Shown here one piece after another: positions 23,875 to 36,158 of a DNA stretch of 46,329 nt; the first letter of the stretch is position 1, and every line of letters starts with the position of its first letter. The stretch is from Folioceros fuciformis (Eukaryota): contig JBNGIO010004611.1 of NCBI GenBank assembly GCA_049999805.1, positions 62,001 through 108,329 of the forward strand, given 5' to 3'. The translations under genes were made by a program, and so were the position numbers. A model generated the notes under the pieces. That model was not told the DNA's origin. It worked only from the letters and a program-made list of their open reading frames with translations, and made no database searches.

Positions 23875-26800
23875 TTAGTATATCTCCGCCATGATGAGAA
23901 GAATAAGTGCAGTCCATCCTGTGAAAGGATGAGACCCCTTGCCTTTGCCTTCGGCTGAATTGTCGTACTGCTCCCATAAGTAACCAGTCTCGTGGTACTG
24001 GTCAACGATGTTCCTGAAACGGGGCATTCCACCTTCAGACAGCGCGCTCCATTTCTGCATATAAGAGGAACGGGAAAAGAGTGCTCTTACCGTATTAGGT
24101 TGCTTCGGAGTTCTTGGTACAAGGCGCTAGCGAGATCTTTGAACGGGCCCGCTTCTGCAACGCAAAGGCATTAGATAACAGAGTCGACAAGTACCTAGAG
24201 TCGACGAGAAACCTCCATACCTGTCGAGTAGTAATAGGTTGCAGATAGCACAAGATAGTTGAGGTTGATCCAAACAGGCCCTCGCCAATAAGGTGCGTCG
24301 TGCTCAGAGTTGCGTTTCATGTACAGTGAGCTGTCACACAGGAACGAGCCGTTGATTACTTTCCGGAAGCCAAAACTACTACGAACCAGGTCATGGAGTG
24401 TGAAGTACAAGATGACCATGGTCACCCAATTCGACAGCTGGGAATTCACCTTGTTGTTGCCAAAGACCGAAGGCCATAGCTCGTCCATAGCAGCTTTTCG
24501 TCCCGAATAAGCTCCAGCTGCCTCTTCAAATTTGGTGAATCCTGTACTTTCGTGGAGTCAAAATGCATTCAGAATACTTTCCACGACTTTTAGAAGCCAG
24601 TCACTACAAACAATATGCTTACCGGAGGAATCATTTGCATCAGATAAGGGAAGAAGTTAACATATCCAACATGTGGAATCCAGCCCAGGGCTGGTTCGGC
24701 AAGAACTGCCCTTCGAAGGATACGTCGTGGCTGACCGTTCGTCGAGTCCCGAATTACCTCCCATTGTAATTTCACCTGCCACACAGTAATTCCACCCACG
24801 TCAAGTTTCACGTGGCTGATCCCGCACGAGCGTTATGTTAAAGAATCTGGGTGGAACAGACCTCCTCAGTATGGTTCCCAAAATCGTAATACAAGCCTGA
24901 CTGCTCATCGTAATGCAGCTGTACTACGACCAAACACCAAACAGTGTCAAGTAGTTCAGCAAGAAGTTAAACATGGATAAACCAGCTGAAAAGAGTGTGA
25001 AAGAACGAAGGAAGAAGAAACCCACTTGATTCAGAAGCTCAAGGTTCAAGAGATTGTTTGCTGTTGCCTCGTATTCCTGCTACTCAATCACGGGCACTCT
25101 AGTTGAGACCAGAGATGTCAAGCAAATTCGGACTGAGATAGCATGGAAGTGGATTAGGGATTGCCTGATCTGATTTCCCAACAATTGTCGAGATGAGAGA
25201 CATTGTTTTTGCAGCAAGAGCCATCCAGCAGCGGAGGTCAACATGGCGTTCATCACTACTTGGGTGTGAAGCTCGAGGATAATCATCCAAACCTGAAGTC
25301 AAGGTCTGCCATCACACAGCCGTGAGCTGTCAAAGTACAGCTCAAATGTATATTCAGGTCCCACTGAGAGTAAACTCGTGCACTGCACCTGTGGGTTAAG
25401 CTGTTTGTCAGTTTTATCATCTCTTCCATGCCAGAAGTAGCTTCCAGATGCTTTGCCTGCAAAAAAATAATTGTGGCGGAACCAAAAAGGCATGTCAGAG
25501 TCAGAACCCCAACGAAACAGGCCAAAAGTTATATCAAATGCTTGCCAGGACAACACCGCACCTATCTGTGTCGTGTTGAACCACCGGAACCAAGCATTAA
25601 GCCGTGGAAAACTCTTTTCAAGAAATTCTAGCTCCTCCAGTGCCTTGTGGCCTTGCGTTTGCTTTGCAATGACTTTCTTGGCTAAGTCTAAGGACAGCAA
25701 ACAGAAAACAAGTTCAGCTTGAAAGGACAGAAAGAAGAGCTACGGAGGATCATTGTAGAAGGTTCGAGACGAAAATATACCATGCAGGACCAAAAACAAT
25801 GCAGGAGGATTGGCATTGTCTGTATGTTGAAGGACGAACTCATCTGGTACCTTGCTGTACGACAAGGCCAATGTTACTCAAAGAGGTTTAAGGGTGGTTT
25901 GACTATTCACCTTACCACACATAAGCTGTACTACCTGCGAGCTTCATCACCTAAGATTTGCTCACGGGGTATCCAGCCATTGATGTTTATTAAATCCAAC
26001 CAGTGAGCTATGATGTCCATACTTATTTTGGTGTCCCATCGGCTGCAACCAATGCGTGCGATTAGCGAAGGAATACTGTGACATCTTGCACCAACAGTTA
26101 CAATCTGGGCTGAGGAAACGTTGAACGAGTTAAAAAAGCCACACGTTGTTCTGTAACCATCCGCACTATAACAACTAAAGTGACTTCAAGTGCAAACGAC
26201 ACTATCAGTTCAGGCATATTTAATAGGCTGCTTAATACCTTATCACAAGCTGATGGAAACCTTCATCCCATAGGAACCCCCTAGGGAAGAAGGACCGGCT
26301 GGGAACCGCAGTTGTAAGCTCTGCTGGCCAATACAGTAGATAGGGTTCCTCCTTGACCCTCTTCTCCTGCATTGGAGACAAGGTGCTGGCGCTGAGATCA
26401 CAGATTCTCTGACTGAACATAAAGCAGCATTTCTTCTGAACCAGAGGGTAAGAACAACAACTGATGTTCCAAACAGAACACCACAAAATGACACGTTCAG
26501 AGCAACACAGCTTACTGCCGAATTTGGTGGAAACGCAATGCGCGATTGACCGTAGAAGTAGCCAATACCTCCAAGAAGATTGCTCAGGGCAGCCTTACCG
26601 ACCTCCAAAGTCCTCTTATCCACCTGACACCAAATGATCTCACTGTCAGGGGTGGCATTCTCAAGTTGCTACCATCAGGTGCACTGAGTTTCAGATTTTG
26701 CTGCACTTTCACAGGTCGACCACCGAAACTCTTCACAGAACCAGCTGGTGGCTCTTAAGATCGACTAGACAATCAGCGAGAGACTGACCTTTGCATTCAG

Positions 26801-28733
26801 ATGAAAAATGTCCGTGAACCGCTGCTCAAATTCATCATGTTGCTTAGATAATTTTTTGCTGAGTTCCTCACCTGAAACAAACTGTCTACGGTTCTAGAGG
26901 TAGAAATGGATAACCTATGCAAAATCAAAGCTTGTTAAAACAGTACCTGAAAGTCTGTTGACCCTAGCCTGAGCTTCTGCTCGTTCAGTAACACCAGAGA
27001 CAAAAGTAATGTCCACCTCTAACGGTGTCTTCCCTGTAATCTGTAAACCGGCAAATGGTAGCAGACAGAGCAGGACTAGTTTAGAACAAGACACTTACAC
27101 TTACTGTGCTGGTTGACTTAGAAAGCATGTGAAGACCCAAAATACTTGCTTGCTGCATACGACCACGACCAACCTGGAAGATAGCCGTATTGGATGCGCG
27201 ATGCACTTCGTTAGGAAGTTGTAAGCGCCCATTTGTTTCGACCTGATATCAGACATGTTGTGAAGGCCATCCAGATTCTAAACAGCAAAAGCTCGTTCAG
27301 GCGCAACAAGGAGCAAGCTTCAGTGGCTGTTATTATACCTGTTCGTGCAACACTCCCAAAATAAGCTGCGTAAAATTGTGCATGTGATTAGTAGCTAGAC
27401 CCGCGTAATTTATGACCGATGCATCCTGTCACATACAGGAGTTCACAATCAGCGATGTAATAACTCGGTCACACCTCTAAGATTCAAAAGGACTAGTCAC
27501 ATTCCCCTACTGCCGTCGAGTGGAAGCATTATAACAGAAGTTCTCTCACCAACGATGAGCCTGAGATCACAAATACGCAGGGCTAAACTCCATCACCTGT
27601 ACCTTCTGCTGGATATGCAGTTCCCAGTCGTTGATTTCTTTGGAGGAACCAGAGACAGCAGGGCCGCCGTGCTCATCTCCCTGCCTAGGCCACAGATTCA
27701 AGGTGCCTCCTTGTTCATCGTGAATATAAAAAAACAATGAGCTGAAGCTTTCCTCCCTGAACAGGACAGGTATGTCACCTCCAACACCTGATTGAACAGT
27801 TTTTCAGGTAGTGACAGGTGATCAGGCCACACACAATACCTCAGACCTTCGACCTTGATGCGGGCAGCCCAGTCACCACCATACCCTGCCCCCGATTCCA
27901 AGCTTTTTATGAAGGATGTAGAAAGTAACGTAGCCTTATCTACCAATTCCTGCTCCATTCCCCCAGAAAAGGTCATAGTTACATCTACAGCAAACACTTC
28001 GTGCACCAGCACAAAATGGCAAACCTCCTGACTTGCAGAGGGGAAACCCACAAGTTGCACACATACCTGATGCCCATACGTGATACCATCATGCTTTAAC
28101 CATCCATATCTCTCTAATCCATCAGATTCCTCACACGTATGTCGTAGAGAAAACTGGCCATCTTTTATTCCAACCCACATCAAGCCAACCAACAACGATT
28201 TCGGGGACCTGAATTGCCCCACCATCAGGACGATAAATGTCGGGAATGGGCCATGCTGCAAAGAAATTACGCATTAAAACCGGCCGCCTGCAGAGACACC
28301 AACCTGGTGCGAAGGCCGAAGTAAAGATGTGGTCGATAAGTGCCCCAGAACAGCCGTTCCCGATGCTCACCTTTAAACTGCCACATGGTTGCAGGACTCA
28401 GCACAAAATTTGCAGCTGTGCAAATCACAGCAGGATCAGCATTAGTTCACCATCTGTACTGACCTGTGGTAGATCTGCGACTCTCTCTGCTGGCAGCGGT
28501 GTAATTGCTGTAACTTCTGGTGCACCATGGATACCCGAAAACCAGGATTTCACAGACGTCCTCAATGCCAGCACGATTAGCGAGGCCAAAATCCCGTACA
28601 TTGGAATTTTGATGTAGGCAGGGCGCTGCTTGGCAGCCTTAGGTGGTCTTCTAGGGAGCTTTGTCTGTCCAGACTGCGATGCAGCACCCTTGACGGGCCT
28701 GCGCTGCTTCATGGTGCCTTCCCCGTGATCCAT
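23875..28733 (-). CDS. GCS1: Mannosyl-oligosaccharide glucosidase (ER alpha-glucosidase I, GH63), multi-exon
   Basis: Basic N-terminus plus signal anchor; GH63 motifs [53 protein letters not shown] across many short exons. Not every junction was resolved, and the start may be the second Met. Confidence 0.93.
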
Positions 28734-28993
28734 AACCCAATTCTCACACCTTCGAGTCTGGAGCGAGATGCTGAGGTTTATAACAAGTCATCACGCAGCA
28801 CTGCATGCAGCGTGCGTCTTCTCACGATTTGCCATGTGTCCAGGCTAAACCCAGGATGCATGGGACCTCTAAAACCCCAGGCCCTAGTGCGTGAAGTCTG
28901 GCTGTTTGGAAGTTTCCTTTTCGAGGTCACTCAATTGTCAGGGGGATCGGGCACGTGACGAGCCTCCTCGTTGACTGAGGGGCGTTGGTATCG

Positions 28994-29752
28994 ATGGTGG
29001 CCCAAGACGGGGAGGCTCCTGCGGATGACAAACCGGGAGAAGGAGCAGCAGGGTGTAAGGACCAGAATTTTGATCCTCACGGGTCGTCCTCGAAGGATCC
29101 AGGAACTGCGACCTCCGTGGTGGAGACTGCATCGATCGCGGGAGAAGTGACCGATGTCTGTCCAGCTTTGAAAGCGAGACAGGGCGGAGAGCCTGCTGCT
29201 GTGACAGATGGAGGATCAGGGGGCAGTGGCAGGGAGGGAGACGTAGCTCGTGATGCGAGCAGTGGGGAGAAGCCAGGAGGTGAGAGTAACTCAAGTCCCG
29301 TGTCCGATGTTCCAGATGCGAGCCCGCAAGGGCAGGCAATGGTTAAAGATCTTGAGGCCGAAGGATCATCGGGGAATGTCACCTTAGAGCCCTTGTCTTC
29401 TGGAATATCTCCTGACCCTTTCGCAGTGGCTCTGGAGAGTTTATTTCGGGATGTGACCCAGATCGTGCAAGGAGAATTCCAGCTTGCACACACCGATTAC
29501 AGGCTCCTGGAGAAGCTCAATCTGCGGGCGGCTAAGGAGTATGACAATTATGTAGACTTTGCAAATGGCCTTCGAGTATTTGTGGAGCAAGTTAGGGAGA
29601 AGCATGACAAGTTCCAGGAGTTTCTCTACCAAATCGAAGAAATTGACAGAGAAGTCACGCACCTGGAGGCCCTGGTATCTACCCTGGACAGCTACAGTGG
29701 TTCCTTGTATACGAAAGTCATGGCCGCGTGCAGCGAGCACAAACATCAATAG
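28994..29752 (+). CDS. BLOS2: BLOC-1 subunit 2 with a long low-complexity N-terminal extension; intronless, 252 aa
   Basis: C-terminal coiled coil (IVQGEFQ..DYRLLEKLNLRAAKEY..QIEEIDREVTHLEALVSTLDSYS) typical of BLOC1S2; first ATG at 28994. Confidence 0.88.
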   Translation: MVAQDGEAPADDKPGEGAAGCKDQNFDPHGSSSKDPGTATSVVETASIAGEVTDVCPALKARQGGEPAAVTDGGSGGSGREGDVARDASSGEKPGGESNSSPVSDVPDASPQGQAMVKDLEAEGSSGNVTLEPLSSGISPDPFAVALESLFRDVTQIVQGEFQLAHTDYRLLEKLNLRAAKEYDNYVDFANGLRVFVEQVREKHDKFQEFLYQIEEIDREVTHLEALVSTLDSYSGSLYTKVMAACSEHKHQ

Positions 29753-30779
29753 CATACCCAGCAATTGGACACTTCAGCTGTCGGAGTCAAGTTCAGAGAA
29801 GTGTGGGTCAGCTGCGTTTCCTGTTTTTTTTTGTGCTGTCTACAGTTGGAAGTTCGCACTTCCTGCTGCTTGGAAGGGAACCCGTGAAGTTCTCATGGAA
29901 ATCGTATGCTGTTCGTTCAGGAATCGATGTGCTCAAAGAGAATGTTCTTGCCTGGAGCCGGGCATGGAACATGGGACTCGAAATTTCATGACATTTTTGT
30001 AGCAACAAACTGATCTAAAAGAAATCCTCGCGTGCTCATCATCTCACAAGTTGTGGGAAAGTAGACTTGCCGTTGAAGATGTGACTCACCCTACTCAAAC
30101 TAAACAAGCAAGCTCTACGTTCTTTCGGATTGAAGAAAGGACGAGAGGGCAGCCTACTAGAGGAGGAGTTATCTGGCCTGCACACATCCCGCCAAACTTT
30201 CTCACACACGTTGCAGTCCGACACCAAGGGCCCCGGACCTGGTGTAGACCCAAAGAATCTCCGACTTGCAAACAATAGGAGAGACACTAACAAAACGCGG
30301 TCGCAGCCTGCCAGCCGTTAGGGCAATGCTTGCCTACATAAGCCACGTGCCCAAGAGCACCACGCAAGGACCGACACGTCTCACCTGCTATACCCACAAC
30401 CTTGTCGCCGGCAATCCTAATCAGGGCCTTGTCCCCAGAAAGTCTAATTAGGTCCAAACCTCCACCAGCTGGTCCCTCCTGCCAGTGCTGAAGTAAACTC
30501 AGGAAAGCCAGCAAAGGAGATCACCGGGGCTAGCAACCTCAACTACTAGTAATCCTGGGAATGACTTGCAGCCAAACTCGTGTGTCAGGCCACCATGCGT
30601 CGGCAGTACATTCGGGACCCACAAACATACGTCGCAATTGTCACCTGCTACAGTCCTCTAACCCGTAAACCCCTTTAATCCTACGCACTAGATCTGTTGT
30701 CTGCATGTGAGAAGACTTGTGAACCTTCCCCCCAGGAAGACTGGGAGAAGTTATTGGGGGCGGAAAGGATGGCAACGGC

Positions 30780-32594
30780 CTACTGATACAGAGATTTCTG
30801 AAGCACCCTGAGCGCATCCTGTGTGTCTCTGTTCGTCGGCTCAAGCACCAGCACTTGCTTGTAATCTTCTTCTGCTTCCCTGTAGTAGCCAAGATACTCT
30901 CGAGCTCTGCCCCTCCTGAAGTACGCCTTGACACTCTTCTTGTCAAGAGAGATGGCCTTACTGCAGTCTGCCACCACTTCCTTGAAACTGCCCATTTTCA
31001 TGTGCGCCATAGCCCTGTTGGTGTAGTAACTGGGATTACCACCATCCAGCTTGATTGCCTCGGAGTAGAACTTGACGGCCGTTTGATACTCCTGCTTCTT
31101 GAAGGCAGCGTTGCCTTGGTCCTTGGCAGTTTCTGCACCTTCACTGTTGACGTTGGTGACAGAAGCGACCTCAGGGGCGGAAGCCTGTTCTTGCAGAGTT
31201 CCATACACTGCCACGACTGTGTCCAGCAACACCTGGTCCGCCCCTGGCCTTGCAAGGAAAGAAACGGATTGAGGAATGCCGTTTATGGATCCCACGGGTA
31301 CGCTGACCTGCGGGCAGCCCGCCATGCCCGCTATGGAAAGCAACATGAAAGAGCGGGCCCGGAATTCCTTGAGTGCCGACAACCTGCTGTTCTTCCTGGG
31401 AGGGGGGCCGGCGCAAGTGGGCAGCACCAAAACCACATCGTTCCTAAGCAAAGCAATGAGGGCAGCCTGCACGTCGGTCTTGATCTTCTGGGCAGCCAAC
31501 AGGCCCTCCTCCTGCACTCCAGCTAGGGCTGCCTGCACCCGATCAGCAATTCCCGGACCCAACTTGGGACTGACTTCCTTGAGCCACTCCTCGTGGTTGG
31601 TCTTAAACTCGTGGGCCTGGAGTAGGACGAGAGAGTCCCTGAGAGCCTCCAGGGCTGCGAACCCTACATCGCCCTTCCCAGCATCCGCAGATGCCCTGAG
31701 AGCAGGAACTTTGTTCGCCAAGTGATCCCCCACATTAGCGTGGCCCACATTCTGCTTCCCAAACAACTTCTCAATCGTCCTCACCACCACTGCCACATTC
31801 CTAGCCTGCGAGGAAAGCGTAATCTTGAACAAATCATCGGCCACCACGAATCGCCTGGGCAGCCGGATGTCAGAGTAAGTGGATCCCAGCAAAACCTGCC
31901 CCACCAGCCGCAGCGTGAGCGCATCCTTAGCAAACCATCCCACCGTGTCGAAGCTCTGCGCCATGGGCACCACCCCGACGGTGGAGACGGCCCCGTGCGA
32001 GGGTCGGATCCCCAGGATCCCGCAAAACGCAGCCGGAACCCTGACGCTCCCGCCAGTGTCCGTCCCCAAGGCGAAATCAGCGTGGCCTCCCGCCACAGCC
32101 ACCGCGGAGCCGGAGGAGGATCCCCCGGGCACCCGGCCCGGAGCAGCGGGATTATCCGGGGTGCCATAGTGGAAGTTCTCGCCCTGTATGCTGTAGGCCA
32201 ACTCGTCCATGTGCGTCTTGCCCAGGCAACGGGCTCCCGCGTCCACCAGCACCCCGATGGCGTGTGCCGTCCGGAAGGCCGGCTGGTGGGTCTCCCGCCA
32301 TGCGGGATTGCCGAACCCCGTCACGAAGCCCTCCACGTCGAAGATGTCCTTGACGGCGAAGGTGAGATTAGTTAGTGGAGGGGGAGCCAGAGGCGGCGCG
32401 GGCGGCGGCGGCGGATCCAGCTCCAGGTACTGGATGAAGGCGCCGTGCTTCTCCTTGTAGCTCTGGCCGAGCAGATTGCGGCGGAAGAGGTAGATGCCGG
32501 CCACCCCGAGCCCCAGTAGCACCCACAGGTTGGCAGCCATCCTGCCGTGCCGCTGCTCTTCCCCGTCCCCTCTGAGATAGCGCCACAATGACAT
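30780..32594 (-). CDS. TOC64: TOC64/OM64-type protein: N-terminal TM, amidase-signature domain and three TPRs; intronless
   Basis: NLWVLLGLGVAG anchor, FAVKDIFD, PGGSSSGS, GTDTGGSVRVPA, TPR clamp (KDQGNAAFK, YTNRAMA, KAYFRRG). The second Met (MAANLWV) may be the real start; TOC64 versus OM64 targeting cannot be resolved. Confidence 0.92.
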   Translation of the reverse strand: MSLWRYLRGDGEEQRHGRMAANLWVLLGLGVAGIYLFRRNLLGQSYKEKHGAFIQYLELDPPPPPAPPLAPPPLTNLTFAVKDIFDVEGFVTGFGNPAWRETHQPAFRTAHAIGVLVDAGARCLGKTHMDELAYSIQGENFHYGTPDNPAAPGRVPGGSSSGSAVAVAGGHADFALGTDTGGSVRVPAAFCGILGIRPSHGAVSTVGVVPMAQSFDTVGWFAKDALTLRLVGQVLLGSTYSDIRLPRRFVVADDLFKITLSSQARNVAVVVRTIEKLFGKQNVGHANVGDHLANKVPALRASADAGKGDVGFAALEALRDSLVLLQAHEFKTNHEEWLKEVSPKLGPGIADRVQAALAGVQEEGLLAAQKIKTDVQAALIALLRNDVVLVLPTCAGPPPRKNSRLSALKEFRARSFMLLSIAGMAGCPQVSVPVGSINGIPQSVSFLARPGADQVLLDTVVAVYGTLQEQASAPEVASVTNVNSEGAETAKDQGNAAFKKQEYQTAVKFYSEAIKLDGGNPSYYTNRAMAHMKMGSFKEVVADCSKAISLDKKSVKAYFRRGRAREYLGYYREAEEDYKQVLVLEPTNRDTQDALRVLQKSLYQ

Positions 32595-33670
32595 GCAGCA
32601 GAGCAGCCACTGGCTCTGGGCCCGCAGCAGATCGCTTCCGGCGCCGATGGATCCCTACCCCTGCACACGTCGATCACTGCCTGCCTGCCCACCCGCCGGC
32701 CCCGAGCGGCGGCAAGGTGGCGATACTACCATCCCCGGATCTTGCGTCCGCAAATATTGCTTCGGCCGACCTTCGTGTTGCTGTATCTACTGTATTTTGC
32801 GTGTGAGCGCAAAAACCTAACCAAACTCCAGCGACTCGGCGTCACTCACAAGACATTACATCACCAGGAGCTTCTCTCGGATGCAATCACGCCTAGCACT
32901 CGGACGCTCTTCCTGCCTTCTAGCTCTACGCTCTGCGTCCTGAGCCGCCGCCGGCTGCCGAAAGATTCACCGCTCCTCCTCAGGCAGCATACCAGAGCAC
33001 CTGCAATGACTCCGGCGCCGGCCCGGCTCGGGTTTACGCTTACATTTCAGGTCCCATTATGACCACCCTCAGATTGCGAAGTGTGCACCCTGGTTGAAGC
33101 TGAACCCCAAGCCAAAGCCAAAGCCCAAGCCCGATGCTGTGAGTTGGACACCAACCCACCGCGCTCCAGTACACCCATGCATGTTTTGCGAGAAAAAGCT
33201 CTCTGGCACCCTTGCCGTATCGAGAGGGACTAGTTTATGAAAATTATTTAAATATCATTATACTACTGGATGTCAACCACTGAAACTTATCATGGCCGCA
33301 TGCAAACCTGGAGAGGGCAGGCCCGGGAATAGGAGCCGGAGAACGAGGGCTCAACAATGCATAGAAAGGCTGCACTCAGTGTTGGTGCCGGAAGTTGCCA
33401 CATTCCAAGTTCGATCGGACCATGGAAGGTGGAGGACTGTCGGCCCGAAGCTACTCGGTCCAGAACTGAACCTGAAGTGGCAGGAGTAGCTTGCAGTTTA
33501 CTCCAAAGTCTCAAACCTATCACGGCATTCTTCCTGTAGGTGGCATGTACGCTTTGCCTTGCTCTTGTGACAAAGCGCATCTCGACAAGCAAGCAGTGCA
33601 GTGTCGGTGCACGTCATTGAAGCGAGAAGGGAGCTGAGCCTGGAGCTTGGAGCTTGTGGACGGGCTTGCG

Positions 33671-34288
33671 ATGGAAGAGCAGTTCATCCTGCGAGTGCCT
33701 CCGGCCCTAGCGGAGCGTTTGGAGCGAGTCCTGAACGAGGATCCTGCTGCGTTACGCGATGGCTCCATCGACCTCTCCTTCTTGGAAGACGGCAGGACTG
33801 GCACGTTTGTCATCGGCGACGATTCTTTCCCGGCAGCTCTTCTGGATTTGCCCGCGGTTGTGGAATCCTACAAGACCTACGATCACAACGTGCTCATCAA
33901 GACGGCTGACGTGGGGCAGATGATTGTGGTACGGGAGGCGGGGGACGCGGCGCCCGAGACGCACGAGTTCAAGCATGGAATCACGCCTCCCATGCGGGAT
34001 GCCAGGAGGCGGCGGTTCCGCAAAGACCCGGACTTGAATCCGGAGCTGGTGCAGCAGGTGGAGAATGATTTGCAGAGCATCCTGGCTGGAGGAACTGCGC
34101 GCGACGTGGACGTGGAAGTGGTGGAGCAAGAGGAGGACGCGGATGATGGCGAGGAGGAGGGCGCGGCATCTCAAGCTGCGCCTGCGTCGACCCCAGCCGA
34201 CGCCAAGACCCCCGAGCCAGGGACGCAGGAGGCGGATGGGGATAACGACATGATGGACGAAGACGACGATGACGATGACTACGATTGA
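33671..34288 (+). CDS. TAF7: TFIID subunit 7; intronless CDS, 205 aa
   Basis: MEEQFILRVP, LLDLPAVVESYKT, KTADVGQM, HGITPPMRDARRRRFRK, acidic tail. Confidence 0.95.
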   Translation: MEEQFILRVPPALAERLERVLNEDPAALRDGSIDLSFLEDGRTGTFVIGDDSFPAALLDLPAVVESYKTYDHNVLIKTADVGQMIVVREAGDAAPETHEFKHGITPPMRDARRRRFRKDPDLNPELVQQVENDLQSILAGGTARDVDVEVVEQEEDADDGEEEGAASQAAPASTPADAKTPEPGTQEADGDNDMMDEDDDDDDYD

Positions 34289-36158
34289 TTCAAGCTTCCA
34301 TCATGTGAGTTACTGGTTGCCACTTTCTGCTTGCGCTCGAGGTTTATGGAGTTCCTCGTTGCTGGTAGCAACTCACTTGTTCTGCCTTGGTTTTAGGGCT
34401 GCAAACTTCCTGCCCTTCTTGCTGGAGCCTTGGCAAGGAAGGCTTCTGCTTTGATGTGGAATTGACATGCCCAGTGTTTTTCCTTCAATCTCGTATTCAA
34501 CACTCATCCCTGCTGGAGCCATGGAAGAATGTCGACTGATGTGGGATGGATTCTTGCCTCGGTTCTCGATGTGCTGCAGCTCCCTTTAACAGGTACTCGG
34601 TAGCTCCACATGGTTGTCATCCTCTTTTCCAGCTGGAGCTGCTACCCAAATGCGGTGAAAACGAGGAGGTGCACATGTGCAAGTTTTTTGCACTTACTTG
34701 AGATGGCAAGTCTTGTTGGCAAGGCTCTGCTTGGACTGACACTACATTTGTGTCCGGGTCCTGATGCTATTCTAGATTGGATTGATATTCGCTTTCTTCT
34801 TAGGAAAGAAGCAAGCAAGAATTGTGTCACCGATTTTCTGTTACGGTAACACAAGGCGGAAAGGAAATTGTATCGCAGAATTTTGATCCAGGAAAGTCGG
34901 TTCAAGGCTGCCTGGCCCAAGGTAGCCCCTACAGACGCTCTCCATGAGTCCTTTGTCCTTGCCACCGATGCGCTGACCTGAATCCTTGTGGTATCTTTAA
35001 GATTTAGGTGTATGAATCCCCGAGTCTGTCTGTCGTTATGCCAAGGTTGCGAAAAGCCCTAAAAGGTTGGTTCAGGAGAAGGCAGTCCCAGGTTGCCTCG
35101 CCCGATAATGGATATCGCAGACGACTAATCGCAGTGCTGAACCCATGTCCCGTCGGTGCTGGTCAAAAATTTCTCTGATCCCATTCCAGGTTTGTGATAT
35201 TTTCAGGAGTAGGATATATATCTCTGATATTTTTTCCGGGTGGAACGTAGGAAACATCCGTCATTTCACACATGGTCCACTTTTTCATATGTGAACTGTG
35301 CCACGTGCGCAGACGGCGCGTCTAGGGTATCTGTGTAGGCTGGTGGTTGTTTGCTGAGTCGTCAACAAGCGTTCCAAAGACGGTTGCATCATTTTCCATG
35401 CGAAGTCGGTGTCGCTAGTGTGTGCTTCACCGCTTGCTGTCGCAGACACGGCAGACAGTCACGAGATATGGTTGTTGCCGTGAGATCTTGATTCTGAGTC
35501 ACGGTCGAGTGGGCGAAGACACGAATGCTGTAGCTAGTACGACTGACGTCTTATTGACGACGCATGTTGATGACAGCTATTCATGCCAGTAACACTTAGT
35601 TATCTATATTCTTCTCCAGTGTTGCCGTCCAAACACTGTAGGACTGGAAATTGGCCAGCAATCGCACACTCCACAAGGCTTGGCCAGTGACTGCGGGAGA
35701 TTTCAACCCCGCCTAACCTTTTATATTACAGAGCTGCTTGACAGCCCGAGTGTAGTCTCCACCGATGGTCTTCTTTTATTCTACAAAACTGGACTGACAA
35801 CACCTGTACAAGTCCTGTCTGTATACCTCGCTTGCCTTGTTCGGAAGGCAGTATGCGCGATTGCTGGAGAAGTGCGGAAAGGACAGCGAGAAGCATTCAC
35901 TGTGTCCACATCTAACATCACTGAAACAAAGACTGCGCATGGGAAAACATGGTCCACGAATAGGTACGACAAAGAAGCAACCTCCATTCTAGTTCTGTAC
36001 AACTATGGTGCTGAATTTTCCAGCTGGATCAGGCCTTTTGCACGCTTGCAGACAGGCGTCTTTGCAATCCTGCCATCGACCAACACGCACACAGGTCAGG
36101 AGGCTCGATCCACGCACACATGCCTACCAAATCCTTGATCACGCAATGCTATGTACCC

